Shown: piece after piece, positions 51,033 to 62,978 of the stretch | Layout of the letters: every line of letters begins with the position of its first letter | Numbering within the stretch: the stretch's first letter is position 1 | Assembly: GCA_040954595.2 (NCBI GenBank) | Contig: CM082586.2 | Location: 7,037,337 to 7,101,336, forward strand | From: Balanoglossus misakiensis | Lineage: Eukaryota; Animalia; Hemichordata | Reading direction: 5' to 3' | DNA length: 64,000 nt | Notes under the pieces: generated by a model | Database searches by the model: none | What the model was told of the DNA's origin: nothing | The model's input: the letters and a program-made list of their open reading frames with translations, nothing else | Translations under genes and position numbers: made by a program

Positions 51033-52229
51033 TTTGGGATTCACGGTTCTGCCATGTTTGTAGTCAACAGCATATATTTCTGACGGCTACACAATAAGTG
51101 GTGACGTCAGTCATTTCTGCTTTCATCACAACAGCAGACGTTTCCAGCTTTTTCAAATTTCAGCAACACGTGGGGGGGGGGGAACTCATAAATAATTGCG
51201 TGTACAATCAAGTCTTTCGTGTTGTAATAATACATTTAAAAGCAATAAACGACACGTGATGTGAATTACTATCGTTTCTGAGAACGCCTTTATTCTTATA
51301 TTTTGTCAATTGCCATGAGGTCATTTAAACTGACCTCCCGGCTCCACACAATTGTGCAACAACGCGTTTACATTGCAGTAATTCTCAATTTGATAGATTT
51401 ACAGATTATCACAGCCATTCTGCGAACGAACACATGATACACTTCGGTCCAGAGGCTGAACCGTGAAGAATAAATTGTTGCTATGTGGAAACAGACACAA
51501 TACTAGACTCTCTCACAGCCCACGGTTCGCTACGCCCCCTCAACCGTTTGGCAAGGGAGAAGCACCGTTTGGTGTTGTGTAGCTAACCTAACACAATACA
51601 TACATAGTGGATTGTTCAACAAATACCCTGATCAAATGACTGACATTCGATCTGATAAACTGAATGCACAACCCCCATTTCATAGAAGGGTGGGGATATG
51701 GAACTATGACAGGTTTTGATTGATACAGAAAATAAAACTTAAATTATCTAAAAGATACATGTACTTCCAACAATCCATGTAAATGACATGTATATTTCTT
51801 ATAGAATAAAATGTTAATTTGTAGGAATCCAATAATTAATACGAAATTAAATGTTATATACATCTCAGTGAACATATTTACATTTACATCATATTTACAC
51901 AGTAAGTGTATAGGCCTGAATGCCTCATGTTGCAAAAGAAAAGAAAACAAAGCCACTGTTTATGGCTTGGTTTATATACCTATGAAGTTAATCCAGTTAT
52001 CATAACTCCAACTTGAATTCTGAAAAATGACACAAAATAGCCTATAACTACTCTTGAAGTTATTTTGTAGTTCTTGACAAAATATACAATAATTCAAATA
52101 TTTGAAATGTTTCCATATATAACACACTGTAAGAAGAATGTATAAATACCACACGTTGTAAAGGTAAAAAAAAACGAAGCTCCCACTGTGCATGGCTAGG
52201 TTTATATACCTAAGAGTAGATCCTCATAA

Positions 52230-52956
52230 GGGACCGTTCAGTTTTTACGGCTGGGGGGGGGGGCGGCAAGTTTCAAAATCAGGCCGACCCCCCTTCACCC
52301 AGAACCAAAAAAATGATGACCCCCCCCCTTTGACAGGTCAAAAAAATATGATGCCCCCCCCCCACGCCGAAAACATTCGCCGTCCTGATCCTATGTACAC
52401 TGTATGCAATAAAGGGAATGAGGCTCCCCACACGTCAATTATAAATTTCTTAAAGTAATTGAAGTATATAATAGTATATCATTGCAATAAAGAAATCAAT
52501 GAACAAATTAAAATGACAAGTCAATATAATAGTTGCTAGAATCGGTAAAACAAGAAAAGTGGGGGATGGGTTAAGAAAAGTTTGTAAAATACAGTGCTCA
52601 AAGTTGCATTTTAATGAACTCTAAAGCAAAATAACTCAATGTTGGGAGGACCAATTTAACTTTTTTCCACTCCACCCAAATAAGCATCGGGGTGGGGTGG
52701 CAAGAAGTCTGCCCTGGTACACTAGACAAACCAGCCAATAAATTAAATGTAGCGAAGAATGGAGGGGGTGGGTGTGGGAGGGGGTAATTTTCTAAAATAA
52801 AGGCGCAAAACTGCAATTTTGTGGACTCAAAAGAAAAAGTTCGGTGGCAAAAGTATGTGACCCACCCCTGAACGTTTAAAAAAAAGATGACCCCCTTTGG
52901 GACTTTAAAATTTAAGTGACCCCCCCCCCCCCTGGATTTTGCCGTAAAAACTGAAC
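52230..52956. mobile_element. PIF/Harbinger-like non-autonomous element with a truncated right TIR
   Basis: taa|GGGACCGTTCAGTTTTTACGGC ... GCCGTAAAAACTGAAC|taa. Homologous to 56448-57541. Confidence 0.8.
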
Positions 52957-53046
52957 TAACTCCAAACTCTGAGAAATGACACAAAATATAACGACTCTTG
53001 AATTGTATTTTGTTGTCTTATTTGATTACACAACGTGAGACGAACC

Positions 53047-56000
53047 CTAATTCTTGTAGGTTATGACGTGACGGTGGTGTTCGAGTGCTAAGTAAATCTG
53101 GTGATTCCAATTGTCTGGCTTTGACTGTTGTGATACCATTGTCTGGATTTCAGATGATTCATCTTTACTGCAGTTGTGAGCTGGTACATCAATTGTGATT
53201 GATTTTAATTTGCTCTGTCGTGTTTCTATTGCTCTACTAACAGGTATCACTATTTTGCGTATCAAGGCTGATACAACATTTTCCAAGAGGTCCACCCCTT
53301 TTATCTTCAAATGTTTGAGAGTCGCGTTTTGCTTTAGTGCTTTCACAATGCGTTGCCACGTCTCATATGTAGCTAACTGTGCAAGGTACAGTGTCAGTGA
53401 CCGTGCGTACTTGTTTTGCTCAATGAAACAGCACACGATTTCAGTTTCTGTGTCGTTGAATGTTCCTATGCCTACATCTCTCAAGGTCATGTTTGTTGAC
53501 AGTGTAGCATATATTTCGGAGTGTAATGCAGCTTTGCTGCACGCGACGGTGAAGTGTAGGGATGTCAAGCATGGTCGACTCACATTCACCACAGCCATAT
53601 TTAGATTTTGTATCATATTTTCCGAGCACCCTTCGCGCAAATGCAGCTTTAATGACTTAACTTTTTCACATTTTCCAATAAATTTGCACAGGCTTTCAAT
53701 TGATGATTCGCTTAGTTCGCTTATCGAGAAGGGCCGGTCCGTAACACACCTGACTTCGGGAGGACTACTTTGAGTTAGTGTGGTCAAATGTGCAAATAAG
53801 TCTGCATCTATTACAAAGGTAACACGTTTCAATGATTTGCTTCCTGAAACCCCTTCGAAGATGCGTTTTACCTCTGCTGTATAAATGCTACTGCTTTCAT
53901 CAGTGCGTATTGATAAACAAAGATTTTCTCCTCTGAAGTTTGTAACAACGTCTGCCAGATCTTTTATTTCTTTCAGCTCCCTGTGAGTTTCTTTGTCAAC
54001 AGTGAGACTGTTTACATTTATTGTAAATTCTTCCAGTATTCGTTCAGTGTTGCTCATTTTCGTTGAGAAAGATCCATGCAGCTGTAGCTCTTTAAGATTG
54101 ACACATGCTTTGCTACCAATTTTCAACATTTGTTTCAAATTATGAATGCCTACATTTTTCTTATTCAACTGTACCAACATATTTGTATTTAAGCCTTGCA
54201 ATTCTTTCAAATAAGGTACATCATCATAATTAGGAACGTACAATATACTTTCTTTACTTAATTCATCCAAGCATTTAATGAACTCTGTGGCATGCTTTGA
54301 TTCACACAAGCACTTTATACAGTAGCCCCAGACATATGACAGATGCTTTGATAGTTTTTGCCTCATGAAGCAATCTGATGATGGCACCGTCATTTTGTGT
54401 ATATCTTGTATTTTCTGGTTGAATTTCTTAAAAAACAATTCACCTTCGTTCTTGCTTACTATGCCAGAAAGAAACTTCAAAACTGGAAAGAACTTTTTAG
54501 GATACTTTAGCAAACTATCAAGAATTTGGGTATCGTTTGAAGCTTTTAGCTGGAGATGAATGTACAATGCTGTGAAATATTCAAGCCATGTCTTGTGATA
54601 GAAAAAGTACATTTGTTTAGATTTTCTGATTGTGTGTCCCAGGTCTTTAACCAGTAATCCAAGGTCTAGAGATCTTTCAGAGGAAATATCCGATTGCTCG
54701 AAATTCATTTTGTTTTCTTTATATGCTTTGTAAGCATCGGACGCCAGGGCATCCCTGTCACGTATGACGTCATCGGGTATCTCATCGTTGTGAAGATCAA
54801 TGTTATTTTTGATGCAATACCTTTTCAAAATACATTGAAGAATATCAGAATACAATTCAGTGAGCGTCTCAGGGAAATATTCGCCTTCTAACCCGTGATA
54901 TTCCCACAAAATGCAAAGAAATGAAACGTGTAAGGGGTTTTTCAGAAGGTCTCTTATAAAATGCTTACTGCCACTTTGTCTTTTTAATTCGTTAATCAAC
55001 GATTCTCCTCTTTCACTGTCACTACTGAAATATTTGCCAATATATTCCTCTGTACGTTTTGCAGTAAACCCTTCCACTATTAGATACAAATCACATGTGT
55101 TCAAATACTTGTCACATAGATGTGGTCTCGTAGTTGCAAGAGCAGTACACCAAGTATATAATTCCTCGGAAATGAGTTTTGGAATCTCAGAACTCTTCAA
55201 CTTATCGTCGTTAATTTCGTCAAGCCCATCGCATAGAATTAACACGGAATTTTTATTTTGTACAATCAGCTGTTCAAGCTCTTGCTTTGAAATACGGAAT
55301 TCATCCGGTAAGAGCTGATTAAATATTTCATCAATCACTTTATCTTCTGTGACGTGTCTCATTTCCAGGAAGAATAGTAGTGTGAACTGCTCTAACTCAC
55401 CACAAGACCAATCGTGGGCTAGCTTTCTACAAAGTGTAGACTTGCCCATAGCTGGTGCGCCCTCTATCCTTATACGTCTAACATCAGATGAGTTAAACAT
55501 ATCGTGGAGGTTTTCAAGAGTTGTACCAGCTTTCACTGTTCCCCTCTTCACTTCTTGTACCTTCAGCGTTGTGTATACTTCTTCTAAATTGAGCCGAATT
55601 TCTTCATTCCACGGTATCGGTAAGAGTTTAGAGTAATGTCGTCTGTACTTGTCTTTTAGGTATTGGCTCAACCGAGTCATTGGCGAGGGGCCAACTAGAG
55701 AAGGAGAGAAACACGAACGATTTTAAGTCGATTTTGTTTTGTGCTACAAATACATAAACGTGTAATCCCGGGGAGTACCCAACTATTTGCATATGGGGGT
55801 CAGTATAGGAAGGCGGACCATTCTACGTACGTCGAACAGAAATTGCACATTTGTTCTACTTTACATTCATTCATTCATTCATTCATTCATTCATTCGTTC
55901 GTTCGTTCGTTCGTTCGTTCGTTCGTTCGTTCGTTCGTTCATTCATTCATTCATTCATTCATTCATTCATTCGTTCGTTCGTTCGTTCGTTCGTTCGTTC

Positions 56001-58906
56001 GTTCATTCATTCATTCATTCATTCATTCATTCATTAATTCATTCATTCATTCATAGGAATTTGCTCAACCGAGTCTGTGCCATCGCCTCAACATCTGGCG
56101 AGGGCCAGCTAGGGGGAGGAGAAACACGAAACATGTTCTGTCGATATTATTTTGCACCTCACAACAATTGGAAAACCATGATATAGTATTTCAGTCTTAG
56201 CTACTTAAGTATTTATATATCAAGTTCTTTACACTCTGTAATAAGCCTACACATTACGTGTACTGGAGAAGGCTTATTTACAAGTCTGTGGTTTTTGCGT
56301 ACCAGTAGACCCGTGTGCAAATGTCCACTATCTGGCTTGGAGTGGGAATTGTCAGACTTCTGGTATGTTCAGAAAAACTGCCAGTTTGCATTCGCGCATA
56401 TTTTTTTTTCTCGAACCGACACAGTAGACAGTAGACAATGTTAGTAAGGGACCGTTCAGTTTTTACGGCCGGGGGGGGGGGTCGGCAAGTTTGTGTCATC
56501 GGTTTTCAAAATCAGGCCGACCCCCCCCCCCTTCACCCAGGACCAAAAAATGATGACCCCCTTTGACAGACCCAAAAATATGATGACCCCCCCCCACGCC
56601 TAAAACATTCGCCGTCCTGATCCTATGTACACTGTATGCAATAAAGGGAATGAGGCTCCTCACACCTCTATTATAAATTTCTTAAAGTATTATTGAAGTA
56701 TATAATAGTATATCGTTGCAATAAAGAAATCTATGAACAAATTAAAATGACAACTCAATACAATAGTTGCTAGAATGGTAAAACAAGAAAAGTGGCGGGG
56801 GTGGGCGTGGGAGGGGGTGCTCAAAGTTGCATTTTAATGAACTCAAAAGCAAATTAACTCAATGTTAGGGAGGACAAATTTTAATTTTGCCACTCCACTC
56901 AGAGTAAGCATCGGGGTGAGGTGGCAAGAAGTCTGCCCTGGTACACTAGACAAACCAGCGAATAAATGAAATGTGGCGAAGAATGGAGGGGGTAGAAAAT
57001 TTTGTAAAAATATGTAGCTCAAAGTTGCATTTTAATGAACTCAAAAGCAAATTATCTCATGTTTGGGAGGACCAATTTTACTTTTGCCACTCCACTCAAA
57101 GTTAGAAGATTTGGCGTCATCTTCGTCATGACATCATTTATAAAACTTCTAGTATATAGAAGATGCAGCGCGAAACTATCAGTTATGCGTAATGGTTTAA
57201 ACCATTATTCTACTTTATGTATATACTTTGTTAAATATTATCATTGGTGGGGTTGGGGTGGCAAGCACTCTGCCCTGGTACACTAGACAAACCAGCAAAA
57301 AATGAAATGTGGCGGAGAATGAAGGGGGTGGGTGTGGGAGGGGGTGTCCAAAATTTTGTAAAATAAAGGGCGCGAAACTGCAATTTTGTGGACTCAAAAG
57401 CAAAAGTTCGGTGGCAAAAGTATGTGACCCCCCCTAAACGTTTAAAAAAACCAGATGCCCCCCCCCCTTTTGGACTTCAAAATTTAAGTGACCCCCCTGG
57501 ATTTTGCCCCCCCCCCCCGGCCGTAAAAACTGAACGGTCCCTAAATGCTCCTATGAAAGAGATTTTGATTGGAAATCAAGGCGATGACATATACACTTTT
57601 ATTGCAAGAAGCAAATGCAACAGACGTCTAGATTTTATCACCCCTGCCTGAATGTCATAAACATTAAAATCGGAATACTACATGTGTTATATCCATATGC
57701 AGATATGTAGGGAGAGTTGAATTGTCACAACCTTCAACAAGTATATTTAAGTGGTCCGACAAAACGCAAAAAATCTATCGAAAGACACTAAAATAATCAA
57801 GACATTGTTGACTCAATAGTTTAATGAATACACATTTAGACTACATTGTTAATATTCCAAATTAACATTTCAATGACATACATATGTGTGGAATTATTAC
57901 AACGGTAATTGAAACCTACAACTCTTGCATTGTATGTAAATTAGGTGGTTGGAGCCACTACACAGTGTCACCATTTGCACTTTACACACAAATTGCCCCA
58001 AAATAGTGCCTTCGTTCTCTGTAACTGAACACTTACCTTCACGAACAGGACCACTTTTGAAATATCTCTCCGAAAGTGGGGCCAGACCAACATAAAGTAA
58101 CATCTCTTCCAATAACTTTGTATTAGACTCGCTTATTAGCTTGTGATCAATCAGTGCATTGAATAAATCTAACGGTTCTTCAAGCCGGCTCACCGTTTGC
58201 GCAGGAATTTTGTCGCCACACAATCTCTTTAAGCGGCGAAGGTTTTCTTCGGAACAACAGAAAAAAACATTGTGAATATGAATGTAAAATCAGCATACAT
58301 CCTATAATGCTGTTTGTTAGGTCTAGGGTTAAATTTATAGTCATGCCCCTAATTGAATATTAGTGGCTACAATGTTGACTGAAAAATAACAATTTATACT
58401 TCTGTCCAACACAACAATCAATATGGTTATTAGCGTGGCCTAAATGACACGACTCATTTCGGTAAGAAAAGTAGTAGTGAAAAAGTATGACTTCAAAATC
58501 TTTGTGTCTTAACCATATGGCAACCAGTAAGTGTAATCACCGGATCAAATTTGTGACGATGAACCCTTACATTTAAATTCTGCTTGAAATTCAACACGAT
58601 TCAACTAATAGTTTCAACTATGACTATCAATGTTGGCAATAATTAACTTGATTTCGAATGTTTTAAATGACACATAACTCACTTCAAATTTACACCTGTG
58701 GTGTCAGTTGCAAAGGCACCAAGCAGGCGAACCACCCAATGTAAACTGAAATGCAACCAAGGAAGTGGTCATATTCTGCACGTACCATCTGTAATGTCCG
58801 CCGACAACAAAAACAGATTTTGTCGAAACGGGTCGACTGTTCTTGGTCTCTTGCATTCAGGTTCTTCTGAGGTCGTCGGTTCTGCATAGCCCTGTCCGGA
58901 CGCCAT
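53047..58906 (-). CDS. NLR-C: DED-NACHT-LRR-like receptor; exons 58906-58786, 58246-58037, 55694-53047
   Basis: Intact exons (121, 210 nt and a large exon 3), conserved NACHT, and an LRR region strongly diverged from A and B. Confidence 0.88.
55864..56054. repeat. Compound (TTCA)n/(TTCG)n microsatellite in NLR-C intron 2
   Basis: Alternating blocks of TTCA and TTCG. The matching site in NLR-B has only about 3 units (near 48105). Confidence 0.95.
56448..57541. mobile_element. PIF/Harbinger-like non-autonomous element in NLR-C intron 2
   Basis: TAA|GGGACCGTTCAGTTTTTACGGCCGGGG ... CCCCGGCCGTAAAAACTGAACGGTCCC|TAA, with internal tandem sub-repeats. Confidence 0.88.
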
Positions 58907-59145
58907 GATCGTTTTCTGCCACAAGCAGCAGCTTCGTCCAATTGAGTTGTTATTTATGATACACATCCTGGTTAATCATTAAACTGATTTTAATGTGAAA
59001 CTCAACAAATTCCAATGCAGAATCTGAAGTAGTGCGATAACTCATATTTTGTTGTTTCTTGGCTCGAAGAAGACAAGTTTCTTCCCTGGACTTTGTTGGG
59101 GAACTCACAAGACATGAAAATCGCCCTTGATGTAAATTAATAAGA

Positions 59146-59235
59146 GTTCTTCTGAGTTCGTCGTTTCTGCATAGCCCTGTCTGGACGCCATGATCGTTCA
59201 CGGTTTATTATACACGCCCTGGTTAATCATTAATA
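59146..59235 (-). pseudogene. Orphan fragment of NLR exon 1 (MASRQGYAETTNSEE)
   Basis: GTTCTTCTGAGTTCGTCGTTTCTGCATAGCCCTGTCTGGACGCCATGATCG resembles the start of NLR-B exon 1. Confidence 0.8.
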
Positions 59236-60162
59236 TTGAGTCATCACATGGGAATGCCATTCCGGAGCCTAAATACTAGCCACCGTGGGTGACTCAGTGA
59301 GCTAATTTCAATAAATTTTAAACAAGGACGAGTCTATTGATACCCGGGTGACAATAGACACTTAAACAGCCTACAGTCATCTATTCTTATATTAAACCAC
59401 ATACATCGTCTACTGACGTCATTTGTAAAAATAATTTTATAACCCTATGATATTGTCATTCCACCTTTTAGTAACAATTCTTGAAAGTTGCTTTTCAACT
59501 GAATGTACTGACTCGGCTCCGCAGATGGCCAAGCTTGTCACCACCAATCTCCAAGGACTTCTAGAACTGGGCTTTTCAAGTCTGTCTTCAAGTTGCTTCC
59601 ATCCCAATCCCGAGTAGACATTTCGATACGACTAGCGTATCTAGATATAGATAAATCATGTCATAAGTAGTCACACAGTTTACATATATATATACTTCTG
59701 ACTGTGCTATGTTTAATATGTTTTAATTGTATCAAAACCAAACATTAGGTAAACGACATAAAATTTCATGTTGTAAAAGAAAAGAAAAGGATCCTACCGT
59801 GTATGACTACAAAGGATTAAGCTTATGATAATTGTGTTTATAGAATAGGTCTGTTAACAACAACTGCAATTAACACCGAAAAAAGACTATATTTTGCCAG
59901 TTTCTGGTAATTGCCTTTTCTTAAGTTATTTTGTAGTTCTTGACAAAATATACAATAATTCAAATATTTGAACTGTTTCCATATATAACACACCGTAAGA
60001 AGAAGGTATAAATGCCACACGTTGTAAAGGTAAAAAAAAACGAAGCTCCCACTGTGTATGGCTAGGTTTATATACCTAAGATAGGATCCAGTTATCATAA
60101 CTCTTTAACTAGTAATCCAAGTTCTAGAGATCTTTCAAAGGAAATATCCGATTGCTCGAAAT

Positions 60163-62484
60163 TCATGTTGTTTTCTTTATATGCTTTGTAAGAATCGGAA
60201 GCCAGGGCATCCCTGTCACGTCAGTGAGTGTCTCAGGGAAATAATCACCCTTTAACACGTGGTTTTCATACGAAATGCAGAGGAATGAAATATATAAGGG
60301 GTTTTTCAGAAGGTTTCCTGTAAACTTTTTTCTGTATCTTTTTCTTTTCAATTCCTTAATCAATGATTCTCCCCTTTCACTGTCACTACTGAAATATTTG
60401 CCAATGTATTCGTTTGTACGTTTTGCAGTAAAGCCTTCCACTTTTAGATATAAATCACATCTGTTCAAATGCATGTCACATAGATGTGGTCTTGTTGTTA
60501 CAAGAGCAGTACACCAACAATATAATTTCTCGGAAATGAGTTTTGAAATCTCAGAACTCTTCAACTTATCGCCGTTAATTTCGTCAAGTCCATCGCATAG
60601 AATTAACGTGGAATTTTCATTTTGTACAATCAGCTGTTTAAGCTCTTGCTTTGAAATACGGAAATCATCTGGTAAGAGCTGATTAAATATTTCATCAATC
60701 ACTTTATCTTCTGTGACGTGTCTCATTTCCAGGAAGAATAGTAGTGTGAACTGCTCTAACTCACCACAAGACCAATCATAAGCCAGCTTTCTACAGAGTG
60801 TAGACTTGCCCATAGCTGGTGCGCCCTCTATCCTTATACGTCTGACATCAGATGATTTAAACATATCATGGAGGCTTTTTAGAGTTGTACCAGCTTTCAC
60901 TGTTCCTCTCTTCACTTCTTTTACCTTCAGTGTTGTGTATACGTCTTCTAAATTGAGCCGAATTTTTTCATTCCACGGTATCGGTAAGAGTTTAGAGGAA
61001 TGTCGTCTGTACTTGTCTTTTAGGAATTTGCTCAATCTTGACATTACATCTGGCGAGAGGTCAACTAGAGGAAGAAAGAAACACAAAATATTTTCTTTAG
61101 ATTTTGTTCTGCCATAAATGCATGAACATTTAACCCCGGGAGTACCCCCTCTATTTACATATGGGTTCAAGTTTCCAAACGCGACACTTGGGCATCCAGA
61201 AAATTAACTCTGTGTGGGAAGATTACAATTATAAAAATTATTGTTATTCCAAACACAAACATTTTTACGAGACCTATTATAAATAAAATAAATAAATAGA
61301 GATAATCCATTTCAAAAGACACTAAAATAATCTCAACATTGTCAATAGTTTAATGAATACACATTTAGGTATGAACCCGTATGTGTATGCTAAATCCACA
61401 TTGTTACAATTCCAAATTAACATTTCAATGACATACATACAATGGTACTCGAAACCTACAACTCTTGCATCATGCATTGTTAGACTCTCTCACAGCCCAC
61501 GGTTCGCTACAACAAGCTCTTCACTGACGCGCCCTCAACCGTTTGGCAAGGGAGAAGCACCGTTTGGTGTTGTGTAGCCACACATGCAATCAGACCATAA
61601 GCCTGCATGGACGGCGAGAGGGGCTGTGAGAGAGTCTACATGCATTTTATGTAAATTAGGCGGAGCCACTACACAGTGTCACCATTTGCACTTTGCACAC
61701 AAATAGCCCCCAAAATAGTGCCTTCGTACTCTGTAACACTTACCTTCACGAACAGGACCACTTTTCAAATATCTCTCCGAAAGTGAGACCAGACGAACTG
61801 TATGTAGCATATTCTCCAAATTCGTTGTATCAGACTCGCTAATTAGACCCTGATCAATCATTGCATAGAATAAATCTAGGGGGTTTTCCAGGTCGGACAG
61901 CTTTTGATCAGGAATGTTTCCCTTACACAGCTGTTTTAAGCGGCGAAGGTTTTCTTCGGAACAACGGAAAAAAAACATTGTGAATATGAATGTAAAATCA
62001 GCATACATCCTATGATGCTGTTCTCATTTCGGTAAGAAAAGTAGTAGTGAAAAAGTATGACTTCAAAATCTTTGTGTCTTAACCATATGGCAACCAGTAA
62101 GTGACAGTAAGTGTAGTCACCGGATCAAATTTGTGACGATGAACCCTTACATTTAAATGTCTGCTTGAAATTCAACACGATTCAACTCATAGTTTCAACT
62201 ATGACTATCAATGTTGGCAATAATTAACTTGATTTCGAATGTTTTAAATGCCACATAACTCACTTCAAATTTACACCTGTGGTGTCAGTTGCAAAGGCAC
62301 CAAGCAGGCGAACCACCCAATGTAAACTGAAATGCAACCAAGGAAGTGGTCATATTCTGCACGTACCATTTGTAATCTCCTCCGACAACAAAAACAGATT
62401 TCTGTAAAAAGGGTCGACACTTGATCTCATGCATTCAGGTTCTTCTGAGGTCGTCGGTTCTTCATAGCCCCGTTTTGACGCCAT
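60163..62484 (-). pseudogene. NLR-D: truncated DED-NACHT gene lacking the winged helix and LRR (pseudogene or short decoy); exons 62484-62367, 61953-61744, 61064-60163
   Basis: Exons 1-2 and the P-loop domain are intact. A deletion at about 60220 frameshifts the ORF (..FPETLTD-VTGMPWL..*). A second deletion at about 60103 joins the remnant directly to the 3' flank. Confidence 0.8.
61481..61638. mobile_element. MITE with TAGACTCTCTCACAGCCC TIRs; partial copy at about 51503-51585
   Basis: 18-bp TIR with flanks CATGCATTGT / CATGCATTTT (about 10-bp TSD, possibly Academ- or MuDR-like). The paralogous site in NLR-C (about 57925) is empty. Confidence 0.8.
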
Positions 62485-62591
62485 GGTATCGTTTATTATA
62501 CACGCCCTGGTTAATCATTCATTAAGTCGGTTTGTGAATCTCGCCAACTGTAATTCCAATGCAAACCTACGCTGCCTATAAATGAGTGTGT

Positions 62592-62879
62592 AGTTATGAC
62601 GGAGATGAAGTGCGCGAACTAGTTGGACTCTATATTCTGAGCATCCTCGCAGAGAAATATTCCAAGAACACCATTGGCTTCTAGAGGGACGACGGCCTGG
62701 GTGCCCTCAAAAACGTATCAGACAGCCAGGCAGAGAGAATAGAGAAAGATTCCACTATTTCCATGACCCTGATCTGAAGATCACAATCGAAACTAACCAG
62801 AAGATTGTTCATGAACTTGACCAACGGCAAATACTATATATACCCGTACAGAAAGTCGAACGACCAGCCAGTATACGTA
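62592..62879 (+). mobile_element. Decayed Penelope-like retroelement reverse transcriptase fragment
   Basis: Translates, with a stop and frameshifts, as SYDGDEVRELVGLYILSIL..IGF*RDDGL..LKITIETNQKIV..PYRKSNDQPVYV. This matches the PLE RT pattern GSYDGAE.CELVGL..YRDDGL..YRKPN. Confidence 0.75.
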
Positions 62880-62880
62880 A

Positions 62881-62978
62881 TAGAGAACCACCGACCCCGA
62901 GGTGGTTCTTGGTTTCGAATCGCCGAAGGCCGCAGGCGATTCGAAACCAAGAACCACCGAAGGGGAGGTGGTTCTCTA
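62881..62978. repeat. 98-bp branched palindrome/hairpin with GNA mini-loops
   Basis: TAGAGAACCACC..GGTGGTTCTTGGTTTCGAATCGCC-GAAGGCCGCA-GGCGATTCGAAACCAAGAACCACC..GGTGGTTCTCTA. Confidence 0.9.

Noticed and set aside
38769-55680. Reading the NACHT ORFs as bacterial STAND/Avs anti-phage genes or as horizontal transfer
   Set aside because: They have spliceosomal upstream exons, a DED and animal-type NLR motifs within clearly metazoan DNA.
55741-56186. ORFs with FIHS/FVRS repeats, and a possible CRISPR-like periodic pattern
   Set aside because: This is a compound tetranucleotide microsatellite with no unique spacers. The context is eukaryotic and there are no cas genes.
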